Source of the DNA: Tubulanus polymorphus
Lineage: Eukaryota > Animalia > Nemertea
Reading direction: 5' to 3'
Assembly (NCBI RefSeq): GCF_964204645.1
Contig: NC_134033.1
Coordinates: 3,930,231 to 3,994,230 of the forward strand
DNA length: 64,000 nucleotides
In this document: piece after piece, positions 45,178 to 58,044 of the stretch
How the letters are laid out: each line of letters opens with the position of its first letter
How positions within the stretch are numbered: position 1 is the first letter of the stretch
Translations under genes and position numbers: made by a program
Notes under the pieces: model-generated
What the model was told of the DNA's origin: nothing
The model's database searches: none
What the model saw: only the letters and a program-made list of their open reading frames with translations

Positions 45178-48100
45178 TTATTTACTGGATGTCGTCAATC
45201 CTAGTCGTCGTTTATTGCGTTCACGAATAGATTTCATATCGATTGTAAGTATTGTATAAAGAAGCGGATTCAGAGACGAGTTGATCGGTAAAAATAGAAC
45301 GGCCAGCCAAGCGGCCACCTGGTTCGGTATCTCGACCGAAAATACGGCGCAAAACTGAACGATTATTATCGGTAGCCAGCAAAATAGATTACAAAGATTG
45401 ATTACTAAACTCCTTCGAGCTAAAACCAGTTCGGTAGGATCGGCTCTTCCCGAGCCCGACCTACTTCCAGATACGAGTTTATACATCTGAGCGTACGTCG
45501 TCATTATCGTAGCCAATATGGCCGCATTAAACAAGGCAAAAATAGCAAATGAATAGTGCCAGCCATTGACGTCGATCGTCAGTAAATTCATAGGCAAACA
45601 AACTCCGGTTGTACCGTAAAAATTGTGTCCGAAGTAAGACGACGATGACAGCGGTAGAATAGAAACTGTGCTCATAACGAGCCAACAAATGCAGCAAATC
45701 CCGATAACGTATTTAGGAGTTATGATCGGACTTCTAGAAAAAGGGTTGACGATATTTGAATATCTCTGACGCGTTAGAATTAAGAGAAAAGTCAGGGAAC
45801 CTTCGCACGAAACGGTGACAATAACCCCTGAGAGACGGCATAATGAGCTATCCGTCCAGGTTTCAGAATTCAGATAATAAACGCCTTTGAACACGTAGTC
45901 AGCTCCTGCGATCAAAAACAAATAGACCGACATCAGAAAATCACAACCGGCAATATTTATGATGAGGATATCTGAAGATGTGTTACGTGTTCCGGTGGAT
46001 TCCATCCGCAAAGCTTGAACGCGAAATAAGATAACGATACTGTTAGCGAGAAAACTGAAAGATGCGATCATCCAGATGATGGCTCTCAGTACAGCGTTAC
46101 CCATCAGGTCAGAACAGGTGGAAAATTGATCAGCTTCGGGAAGACATCGGTCAACATTCGGTGCCATGCAGCAAAATTTGTAAGCATCCGAAGCGAGGTA
46201 TTTCAATGATGTAAGATCGCCAAGAACGTTTCCTTTTACAAATATCACTTCGGCATTTTTGACAAGGTCTAGAATTTCTAGTCCAACCAATCCAGAAAAA
46301 GCATAACTGGAAATATAATGTATTCTATTACTGCTGATATTTAGCGACTGTAATGCGGATAAACCTTTAAATACATTTTCACCGAGAACCGATATAGAAA
46401 GTCCGTGAAGATCGAGAGTAGTAAGTGACATCAGACCTCGAAAACTACCGTCTTCTAAATGTTGCAGCGGATTTCCGATAAGAAATAGTTGTTTTAAACC
46501 AATCAAACCTGCGAATGTATTAGCAGATAATGATGTTATGCGGTTGTGAGTCAGGTCTAATGTGTATAGATTGTTAAGATTAGAAAACGCGTTTGGAACG
46601 ATGTAAGACAAATTATTGCCCGAAATATCGAGAAAACGAAGATAAATGAAAGAGTTGAACGTCGACTCGTTAAATACGACTCGGTTATTCGACAAAATCA
46701 AAACCCGAGTTGATTCTATAAAACGACCAGTAATATCTGATAAAAGAGCATTTTCACAATCGATGAAATGACCCCGGCAATTACAACGTTCAGGACACGT
46801 GACCTTACAGTATGACTCGTCATCCGAGTTATGTTTACAATTTACGACACCGTCGCAAACTTCAGATTGCGGAATACATCGTTTTTCCTGGCCGCATTTA
46901 AACATTCCCGGACACGACCAAGTCTCGCAGTTTCGTTCATCTTCTGAATTAGGACAATCGGATCGACCGTCACAAACGTGTCTGATCGGTATACAGTAAG
47001 ATGCCGGACATTTTATAGTACCAGCCGCGCATTCGAAGTCATTACACGCGAGTATATGTTCAAGATTTCTACATACCGGGAAACCAATCGGTAACCTTTC
47101 TAAAATACACCTTTCGTGTCGGGAATAACAGCGAGGAGAATTGAACGAACATCTTTGTTCATCCGATTCCTTACACAGATCTGTGAAACGAGTCGTACAG
47201 TGATTGTCATTATTACAGTAAACCTCGGGATTCACTGTCATATTAGTGACCAATTCGTCTTCTTCGAGACTTCCGCTACAATCAACGACACCATCCCGAT
47301 ACAACTGAGAACTAATACATTCACCGTCCGCGCACGAGAACCCCTGACAAATTTCGGCAGTGCATCCGATCTCATCGGAACCGTCTTCACAGTTGGCTAG
47401 TCCGTCACATCGTTCGTAACTATCGATGCATTGGTGATTGGAACAGCGATATTGCGTAGATAAACACGGTGGATGATAGCACGAGTTCTCATCCGAGCCA
47501 TCGACGCAATCTCTCATAAAGTCGCAGAAACCGCTAATCGATATAACCTGTCCATCGTTACAGCGGAACTGACTGTGTAAATTGATATCCGTACAATCGA
47601 GTTCATCTTCACCGCGTTGACAGTCGTGTCTGGTATCACATACGCGATGGTCGCTGATACATCTTTGATCGTTACATTCAAACTGCCACGATTTACAACC
47701 GCTTGTAGAAGCTGACTCTTCACCAGTTACATTATAGGTACATAACACGGAATGCGCTTTATCTTTTGTATTATCGAAAGGTTTCAATAACCATTTAAGC
47801 GATTGAATATAAGTAATTTCATTTTTGGTCACCAGTGGTTTGATAACTTTAAATGCGTCGCGGTCCATTGTCAGTATAGCGCCATATTGATGGCGATATT
47901 GAAATTTGTTGATCAAATTTTTCATATCACTTTCTATATTTAAGTTGATTCTTACTATTTCGGCGCTGATGCTGTGACACATTTCTCTGGCACTCCGAAT
48001 ATTCAAACCTCGATTGTTTTTCCAGTCGGTTAGTATTTGATAACATTGTCCAGAATTAGTTACCCAACCTCTTGGACAGGTTGAATTTATTAAAGTAACA

Positions 48101-51100
48101 TCGGGAATCATTTGATCTATGGTTTTATTTAAGTCTGTATTTGTTGAATCGTTCGCGTCGTTTATCGTTGAATTATGTTTGTTTTTGATGTCGATTCTCT
48201 CAGATTCACAAATGAATGTCGTGTGCGTCTCCTCGATTTGACACGGGAATCGAACCCAGTTCGCTGATCCTCGTGGATTATTCAGTATCATCGCCGTACA
48301 CGGCATATTGACGTCATTTATCGGTTGTTTTCTTAGCGGAGATATCAATCCTCGAATAACTTCTGGTATCGTTTCATTAATAACAGGTTTATACCACTCT
48401 GTGTAGCTCAATGGTTTACCGTCAGTCCACGTGTAATAACCATCATTCTGTTTCGTGAAGAAAATGAAATATATTATTTCTTTAAATTCTATCTTTTCAA
48501 ATTAATTTTTGAATGCATTAGTCTTACCTGCCAATTCAATCCAATCATCATTATGAGCGCTTTTAATGTGTACGCCATTCGGAGAAGTTCTGTAGCGAAT
48601 AATCTTTTGATGGAAATCATTTCCTGTTCTGAGTTGATACTGAGTAGATGTCCCGCGTACTTCTGTCTACAGTATATTTCAGCGTTCTCCCAATTCAGAC
48701 GTTCATCTCTGATGAATTTGATGCAGGAAATTCCCGAATCCAGAAATCCTTGTTTACAGTAGAAATTATTGAAATGTTTAATCGGTAACGACTCGTGTAA
48801 AGTGTATTGTATTTGAAATATCGGAATGAAATTGTTTACTTCAAAACGCAGAGTATTTTCTCTTAAACTATATAATATAAGTCCACGAACCGCGTTATTT
48901 TCACATATTTTCGTTTCATGTTGAGTTTCAATGGTTTTGAAATATTTCCCATTAAGAAAGGGTTCGTAATTGATTGATTGTATCAAAATGATCGGATCAT
49001 TTCGACCGAATCTGTCTGTTTCACATGATACTGGTCCAATAAATTTGACAATAAATCTGTAATATTGAAATATATTTAGTTGTATCGGGTTTTCAAATTC
49101 ATATGAAATAGATTTTGATGTACGTCGTGCCTCACCCGGGTAGTTCGGTGACTGCACGAGTCCACATTTATCTTTAGTAGTAACTGGGAGACGGGAACCG
49201 GCAAATCCAAAACTATCCGATTTTTTCACTCCTAAACATTTACGACGTAATTTAACTATTAGTGGTCGCTGCCAGAATCCAAACCCACCTGTGAAATCTA
49301 CAATGTTTAATACGAGACTGTTATTAAGAAACTGATTACTCAAACTCAGAGACAGATCACATCGCCATGACATCTTGAGAAAACATCGGTCAATTTGATA
49401 TTCGTGTTCTGATAATATGTGAATATTTCTCGAGCGAAGGCGTCGATTTTCAGGTGTAATCACGAGACAGTGTGACGTCATATTGATCTGACGTTCTTCT
49501 TCCTGTAGAACATAACCATCACAATCAGTAGGAGCAAATTGAAGATATGACCTGTTGGGATCACCAACTGTTAACTGATTGTTATAGTAATAAGCGTATG
49601 CTACTACAGTAACCGGTCCACCTGATGTAATCAGGCTGACGACAGATCGACCGTAGTATGAACCAGGACAATACGGACCATAGCGTCTAGCTGTGAAATT
49701 ACTACCATCAAATATATAAAAACCAGCTCGATCACAGTTTTCTGATAGCACTGTTAGTTTCAACTGTTCTTCATAGATGTTCACTTTCCAGTTTAGTTGT
49801 AATGTAGTTACACGATAAAATGTATTCTTTGATCTCGGGAACAATCGATTAGCTGATATTGATTTCCTTGTGTATGATTGCTGAAATGTTAGAGAATTGA
49901 TTACAGCATTGAACGTTTACAATACGACAATTTCAAACCACTCACAACCTGAAAATATCGATAATAGTTCTCCTTGTAATCCAAACTAAATCTAAATTCT
50001 TCCACTAATCATCATAATTACTTTGCGTAAACAACATGTGCTTTGGGTTACACATACCCGCTGTTATTCCAAGTTTCTCGGTAAAGTTTCACTGGTCAAA
50101 ATCGCCATCAAAATCATAGATTATTACAATGATTCCATTACACGAACCTAATTTACAAATCATTGTAATAAACTTACCGATATCTGCGGCTTGTTGACGT
50201 TGACGTCTGATATTGTTATTGATTTCATTTCAAATTCTATTTTCAAATTCGATCTTAAAAAATCCGATGTCGTTAAAACGCACAGAATGACGAGAAATCC
50301 GTCTGATTTTACACTCAGAGATTTAAGATGGTTAAAACTGAGTAAAATATCAGTTCTCACAATACGTAACCCTTCCCGTGTATATACACCAACGACACCT
50401 GGTGACGAGACGAGATCACGTGTCCAGTTGAAGACGACGTACTGCAGAACATCGACTGTGATAGACCAGCAGTATAAGTGTTTAGTCTGAGTTACTATAT
50501 GTGGTATTCCATCAATTGTAGTGAGCAATCCTGATTTATTATAGACTTGAATTAACGGGTTAGAGATGTTCCAATCTGATAATTTGTAAACTTGCACGAG
50601 TAACTGCGACTTAAAAAGTGGGTTTCTATTTGAAATAATTTCAATACGTGCTTTATTAGTTTTAGTATAAAACGATGAAGGTGGATGTCCGGTTTGTTCT
50701 CGTATAAGAGCTATAGGTTCACTGGTGCTGTTCCATCCGTCGTAAATTTGAGGACGAGTTTTCATCGGATCCTCACCTGGATATAATCTGAAATCTATCT
50801 GTATAAACGTTAAATTCATTGCAAACCCGTCTGACATCCCGATCCATTCTAACAACAATTTACATCGGAGGGTAGAAATCATGAATTCATAACCTGTTTG
50901 AGTTGGTAATTCTTTCACTGCATGCTTGTGACATGTATGTAAGATTTTCAAGCGACTTTTTCCTTCAAAACGATATATGATATAAACCCGACTACCTCGC
51001 GCTCCATCGACGTTACTCCTAAACAACAACGAAATCAAATCGTTACTGCGGATATCTAGTTGTTTTCTTCCGGTAGCGCAGAGTTTGTTGTCGGACTCAC

Positions 51101-51407
51101 CGACGAGAAGGTAGTTTTCGTTACAGAATATCGACGGCTCGATGTCGTAGTAAACTTGAACGAGAAAACTTCCCGGTAAAGAGCTGTTGACGAACCAACG
51201 ACATTCAACACCGCGCACTAACGACGGATAGTTCGGTGAAACGATGTAACCAGACGTAGAATCGACGGAGTATTGAGTGTTGTTACAAGATGAACTGACT
51301 GTAACAGACGCGGCTTTCTCGACAGAGTTTGCGCGATCAGCCCGCGTAAATATACAGTCTCCGCAAGCGATCAGTAAAACTACGAACAACGCTTTCATTC
51401 GCTGCAT
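45178..51407 (-). CDS. GRL101-like (LGR type C) GPCR, ~1950 aa: signal peptide, CUB domains, C-type lectin domain(s), ~7 LDLa repeats, LRRs, 7TM
   Basis: Three phase-0 exons (51407-50178, 49880-48528, 48447-45178) with GT-AG sites. CUB motifs SGYIVSPNYP and GLVQSPNYP; CTLD IGLNWQ/NDGYYTWTDGKPLSYTEW spans intron 2; LDLa DCxDGSDE; LRRs; FCC hinge; NPLLY. Confidence 0.9.
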
Positions 51408-52403
51408 ATTGAACACAATTCACGCTTCAAAACAAACACATTTCTAACTATTTCCAAGTTTGCGCGATATTTCTCATAAGAGTCGCTGCAAAGTAATGAC
51501 GAGTTGTCAGAATGTCAGAAGTTGACGAATTGATCGAGTCTAATTATTTTGTAAAAAGATCTCCCATCAAACTGGCGCCAGTCTCGTATTTCTCGTTACT
51601 TTCACCTGCGCTCGGTTTCGCTGTAATTACCGCGGTATCTAAATTTAAACATGTTTAAATATATATTGTGTTTATAATCATGTGCAATTATTTCTCTAAA
51701 AATATTTACTGTCACTCCCGAACTGCGTTCAGTTTGTGATAATATTCGATGACATTTTCTATCTATACCTCAAAATATTCTGCGTCTCTGTAAAACACTT
51801 CGTCAATATCTGTTTGGACTAAATTCGCTCTACACTCAATATAATAACTGAGTTGAAGCTAAGTGAAGCGCATGGATATCTGATTGTGGTGAGTAATAGG
51901 TCTTGTTCGGTACAGATTGTTTTGAAGAAACAACAGCAACCAAGTAAGACGGGGATGACAGCGGTAGAATAGAAACAGAGAAATGTTAGGAATCTTTAGT
52001 TAGGAAACTGTTGCAATAACCCCGGCGAGAATCCGACTCGCGCACTCTGATTCGGTCCGTTCTAAATTTGTCCCGTTCCGGACCCGGACCCGTTTAGAAC
52101 GGTCTAACTGGTTCGTAGTGTGAACGCGACGAAATTCCAACCAATAATAAATGAGGTGAATTGATAATTCCGAAACTTCTGATCATCATTTAAAAACGTT
52201 TAATTTGACTCAATTTAGATTAGTCCAATCTAGCAGAGAGGCAGCTGTGATGAAGTCTTGTTAACCTGTCGCGAAAAAGACTCCATTAGAACGATAACCG
52301 CACTCAAACGTGGTGAACGGATAATAAGATAAAAACCCACTATCTACAGATTAAAAGATTTTAAAAACAAGAATTTATTCATTAAATCTAAAATATATAT
52401 AAG

Positions 52404-52445
52404 ACACGACGTTTCGATCTCACCCTAGAGATTATCGTCAGGTGT
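52404..52445 (-). ncRNA. Minimal hammerhead ribozyme motif of Penelope-like element type
   Basis: Minus strand acac CTGACGA taatctc tagggt gagatc GAAA cg TC gtgt: helix I acac/gtgt, helix II atctc/gagat, palindromic ACGT helix III. AATAAA lies downstream on the same strand. Confidence 0.65.
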
Positions 52446-52722
52446 GAGATTTAGACTAAAAACAGGGGTATATATACAGACGAGGACAGGTTAATTGAGT
52501 AAATTGGCGAGTGAGTAAATAATTAGTGTTTGGTAAGACTCTATTATTGGTCTAGTTGCTGTACTGGTGACTGGTACGTGTTTACAATGTCGGCAACGAT
52601 CCAAACTGAACCGCTTTGTAAGCTTTAACTTCGATACCCGACGTCGATGTCAAGCCGGCAAAATGTAAAGATCGACTTTGAAGGTTCACTATGTATTATT
52701 CAGAGTAAGACTTTCGCTACTT

Positions 52723-52891
52723 CAGTGGAATCTCGTTACAGCGAACTTCACGGGACCAGAAAATCTGTTCCTTATACTCGATTCTTCGTTATATCCAGTA
52801 TGAAGTGAATTTTCTTACTCGGCACACAATTTCATATTTGTTATATCCGATGAATCGTTGTATCCGAGTTCGTTATAACGAGGTTCCACTT
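52723..52891. mobile_element. pogo/Tigger-like MITE
   Basis: Imperfect ~24-bp TIRs: cagtggaatctcgttacagcgaact and agttcgttataacgaggttccact. Confidence 0.65.
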
Positions 52892-53073
52892 TAGTGCATA
52901 TGGTGATTTAGATATTCAGGTGAAGTACTGCAAATGAATCTAGTTAACTTTCAAAGTACTATTCGTCTGTAAGTGTAACTGATTCAATCTTGGAGAATAG
53001 TTAAAATATGAGATTATACTTGAAATATCAAATATGCGATAAAAACCACGTGCGCTCTACGTCAATGCATGAT

Positions 53074-53145
53074 TCCCATATGGTCTAGTGGTTAGGATTC
53101 CTGGCTTTCACCCACGCGGCCCGGGTTCGATTCCCGGTGTGGGAA
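53074..53145 (+). tRNA. tRNA-Glu(TTC), with one C:C mismatch in the anticodon stem
   Basis: TCCCATA...TGTGGGA acceptor stem, A box TGGTCTAGTGG, anticodon loop CTTTCAC, B box GGTTCGATTCC, T5 terminator at 53152-53156. Confidence 0.92.
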
Positions 53146-54078
53146 CGAGTATTTTTGGTTTAATTTTTTTTGCTACCTTTTTACAAATGCAATTGATTAA
53201 AGTCTGTTCAATTAATTGAAAGGAATCTTTTTCATTTCCGTATATGAATCGTACAAAATGAACTTACCATCTTTATAAAGCGGATCCTCGTAAGGAATCT
53301 TGAACGCTGTAAACATAGATGAATGCTATTGATGAAATTTTGAAGAAATCGTCTTTGGAGCAATCGTCTAATTCGTCTTATAGATTACTCCAAAATAAAA
53401 TGAACGCTCATTTCATGATTCAAACAGGGCCCAGTCCCACAAATAAGTTGAACATAGTTTAAATAGCTCACAGACTTAAGATAAGGTTTTAAAGTTATGT
53501 TGGAACGAGTTTTTGAATTTGTCACAAATATTTACCACAGTTATTCAAACGCGTAAATCAGTAATAAACAAAGCAAGATTCCGCAATTGAAAAATAGTAG
53601 AGATAATCAAGGATTGAAAAGTTGATTATGTCACAACACTTCAATTGTTCCCTAAAAGCCAAACTGTTCCCTAAAAACCATCGACAATCCACGTGTGATG
53701 ATGACTGATAGATTGTGGTATTTTGGCTTTTACGCCTTGAAAACTGAATCCAATGTCAAATTGGTAATATTGATTTCATCAAAAATGAATTGGTAAAAAG
53801 AAGCGATATTTATTACATTTTACCTCCAGTGCAGCGGAAAACTGCTAAAATCCAGAATATGCCGAACATGTTCGCAATGATAGTATATAGACATTTATTG
53901 AACTATTTATTCTGTTTAAAAAAACAAACCAGATGTCACGTTCCCAATACTGGTTACCAAGTCAGGATTTTAAAAGTAGCAGCCACGAAAATTTATTCGT
54001 ATTTTTCTACCTAAAAGTAGGGATTGAACATGTTATTTATTTAATTGATAGATTTTGATTCTTTTCTGTTTTTATTCC

Positions 54079-56981
54079 GTGTCCCTTACAGACCATCGAC
54101 ACGTGCCGGGAACGAAACACATGGGGGAGGGAGGGGGAGGGGGGTTGATTTTAAAATTGGAAATTGAAGCACAGATACAATAGAAATAGCATCGGCGGTC
54201 GAATTTACAAATTCTTTTTGTTTAAATCGAAGTACATATCGAAGTGCATAATTGTAAAATGTCGATTCCGGTTCATTCAACCAATCTTCCAACTAACCTG
54301 AACAGGCAAGCGACTGACAGGGGTTAATTATGTTGGCCGCCTAATTTAATACATCGAGATTTCGGAAATAACTGTAATTTGAGAGACATTTTGCCCAAGG
54401 CCAAGGTCACCTTATTATTTCGATATCACTTTTAAATGCACTCGCAAACCCGTCCAGCTAGTTTATGGAATTGAACTAAAGGAACAAAATAATGATCTTG
54501 CCCAAAAATGTGTGGGAGAGTGGTACATGGAGGCTACGCCCCTTCACTCGGGACAGCCTACAACTATGTAGACGAAGAACTCAAATCAATCAATAGAATA
54601 AATAGTAGGATAATCATGCGTATGTCAAAAAGAGATCTATGAAATCATAACCATGCTGACATATCACGATCTCATCTGACTGTGTTATCTGCTGCTGCGC
54701 TTATCTTGACAATACATTATTTACATTTCGACGAATACAACGAAACCATAGATCCGAATTTGTTTTAGATATAGCGACGCCAAACACGAACAACGTCGAT
54801 CTATCAACAGTTGACATCAACTACTGCGGCAAGAAAATTCCACCTGTGGCAAGTGAGGATCCACCACGTGTCGCTAGTGTGCAGTAGGACATCAACTACT
54901 GCGACAATAGAGGATTCCACTTGTGGAAAGTGAAGATCCACCACGTGTCGCTAGTGTGCAGTAGGACATCAACTACTGCGGCAAGAAAATTCCACCTGTG
55001 GCAAGTGAGGATCCACCACGTGTCGCTAGTGTGCAGTAGGACATCAACTACTGCGGCAATAGAGGATTCCACTTGTGGAAAGTGAGGATCCACCAGGTGT
55101 CGCTAGTGTGCAGTAGGACATCAACTACTGCGACAATAGAGGATTCCACTTGTGGAAAGTGAGGATCCACCACGTGTCGCTAGTGTGCAGTAGGACATCA
55201 ACTACTGCGACAATAGAGGATTCCACTTGTGGAAAGTGAGGATCCACCAGGTGTCGCTAGTGTGCAGTAGGACATCAACTACTGCGGCAATAGAGGATTC
55301 CACTTGTGGAAAGTGAGGATCCACCAGGTGTCGCTAGTGTGCAGTAGGACATCAACTACTGCGACAATAGAGGATTCCACTTGTGGAAAGTGAGGATCCA
55401 CCACGTGTCGCTAGTGTCCAGTAGGACATCAACTACTGTGACAATAGAGGATTCCACTTGTGGAAAGTGAGGATCCACCAGGTGTCGCTAGTGTGCAGTA
55501 GGACATCAACTACTGCGACAATAGAGGATTCCACTTGTGGAAAGTGAGGATCCACCAGGTGTCGCTAGTGTGCAGTAGGACATCAACTACTGCGGCAAGA
55601 AAATTCCACTTGTGGCAAGTGAGGATCCAGCGGGTGTCGCTAGTAGTTACTTGGTCCTCCGCGCTTTAATTCCTTCTACATTTCATTCAACTGAAATCGG
55701 ATAATTTATTCTTTTTTGCTTGAAGTTTAACTTTACCAAACACCGAGCAGTTAATCTGATCCATTGTCTGGTTAAGGTTGACTGAACGTAAACTGACGGT
55801 AGGCAAAAATGATTTTGCCTAAATGTAAAGATAGATAAATTAATTTATTTTCCTAACATTTTGATAGTCATGGTATATATGTAGGGAACAATAATTTTGC
55901 TTACAATCGAAATAAAGACTTTTAACAAGGTTATTTACAAGGTTATACAAATGTACTATTTACTAACATACAACACCAGCGATCTATACTATCTAAACCG
56001 TTATGAATGAATTTTGTCAATTCTGGGTTGTGTATATACTAGCTGAATACCCGGCTTTCTCGTCGGTCGTGAGCACACCCCCCTTATGGCATTAATCCCG
56101 AATCTAGAGGTGTACTTACTTTATTGACCAACCATACGTTCATTTTGAAGCCTATTCCCATCAATCGACGAATTGTATGAGGTTATTTTTCAAATTGTTG
56201 ACCTACCATTAATTGAAAATGACCCGAATGTACTCAAAGATCGCATCTCAGGGCCTTGATATTCAGAATTTTCTTGGGAGTGCCCCCAGATCCTCCATAT
56301 TTGGCCATGATGTAGGTGACTATCCAGTTAACCTATCCGCCCTTAGGTGGTAAAACATCTGGATCCGTTCTTAGACCAGAGATATAACCTCAATGGCATT
56401 GTATCATCAACAGAAAAATTATTCAAATATGAGCTCTCATGTACCCACCAGAACGGAAATCTCGGACGTTTAATGCTAGAATTCAATAGCGACGATGACA
56501 TTAGGATTATGTAATTGTATTACTGTTTGACATGATTTTTGATTCCTCTTAGTACGTGCATTTTCTTAAGAGAGCCCGTCTCAGAAAAGTACGTACATAC
56601 ATGTATATCGCTAACTGATCCAATCATATTAATTTCGATCCAAAGATTACATTTGAAAATTTTTTTTTTCTTTTAGCTTAATTCAGAAATTCTTGTACAT
56701 TACTTAATCTATATTTCATCTATAATGTTCCAATGTTTGTATGAGGTAATTAGATTAAATATCCTCTAATTTTATCATTCCTAGCACGATGAAACGTGAA
56801 TGTAAAATTAGTGATTAACGTAACTCAGGAAACCAATTACCAATTGTACTTCGATTTGAACAAAACAAAATTTTTGAACTCGATCGCCGATCACACAACT
56901 ATATCTGTACTTCGATTTTCGATTTTAAAATCAAACCCCCTGTTTCGCTCCCGGCAGGTGTGGTGGGTCTGTAAGGGACAC
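54079..56981. mobile_element. Putative non-autonomous DNA element bounded by ~150-bp diverged inverted repeats
   Basis: gtgtcccttacagacc at 54079 and ggtctgtaagggacac ending at 56981; inverted similarity continues through gattttaaaat and aaatcgaagtac. No TSD seen. Confidence 0.5.
54813..55644. repeat. Minisatellite, 11 units of 75/77 bp
   Basis: gacatcaactactg recurs at 54813, 54888, 54965, 55040, 55117, 55194, 55271, 55348, 55425, 55502 and 55579. Confidence 0.96.
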
Positions 56982-57868
56982 TCAATCGAAAAATCAAACG
57001 AAATTTACCAGCCAAACAAATATATAACGTGGACAATCCCTATTTTATGATCAAAACACGTGATCAAACACTTACTTCTCACATATTTGAACAGTCAGGT
57101 GATTCAACACTTCTCGCATATTTAAACAGTCAACAAACAACACTTCTCACGTATTTACATCAACGTTCGTAATTTCTGTTTCTTGTATTTTGAAGGTCGT
57201 GGCTAAGAATTCTATCGATCGTTAAGTTGCCGCTTATATTGTCAATATGTCCAGTATCGGTTCGATTCGTGGGTTCGACTTGAAGGTCGATTCCTGTATA
57301 ATCAGTAAAGCGACTTTTGACGCGACTTGGGGCGGTACAATTTGGACCGCACGGGGTACGTAAACTATTGGGACAGCTTTTGGGCCCACCGGTTAAGGTA
57401 TATGAACAGGGACTCCGAGTATCTGACAAACATTCTTCATCGTTGAACCGTTGTTTATTTGTTTGTCTCCAGATAAGAGTAAACTCTATTGTCGCGCGTA
57501 CGACATTGACCCGATTCGTTTTAGATCACGTGCTCACAGCGACACCGGAAACGCAGACGATGTTTGACGATCAGTTGAAACGGACCCGGACGGGGGCGAT
57601 TTGCAGGTATCACACACGGCACGTGAGACTCGGATATCAATATCAGTATTTCACTCAGTAATTTGAAATCGTTTGTAATTAGCTTCGTCTTATTCTATAT
57701 AAATACCAGTATGATATGTAAATTTAATCATTTGCGCTATGCCTGACGAGGGGATGATGTAACTCCCGAAAACGTTCACTTAATAAATATATGTTACTCA
57801 TTAGAAAATGAGATTTGTACTGTTTTTGCTGCTATGGATTTTTAATCATCTAGACTCTCTACCCAAGA

Positions 57869-57870
<2 letters not shown>

Positions 57871-57952
<82 letters not shown>
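57871..57952. repeat. (TA)n microsatellite
   Basis: About 41 uninterrupted TA units. Confidence 0.99.
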
Positions 57953-57960
<8 letters not shown>

Positions 57961-58044
57961 CAAATGTTTTTATATTCGGAATGTCGCAAAACCGACTGTT
58001 AGTCGCGCCATCTAGTGTTTGTCACCGGTTCCTCGACGAGTCGT

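Noticed and set aside
54813-55644. CRISPR array or coding repeat (ORF 54896-55093)
   Set aside because: There are no unique spacers, and most units are 77 bp, which does not preserve frame.
57808-58002. Poly-IY ORF
   Set aside because: Translation of the (TA)n microsatellite.
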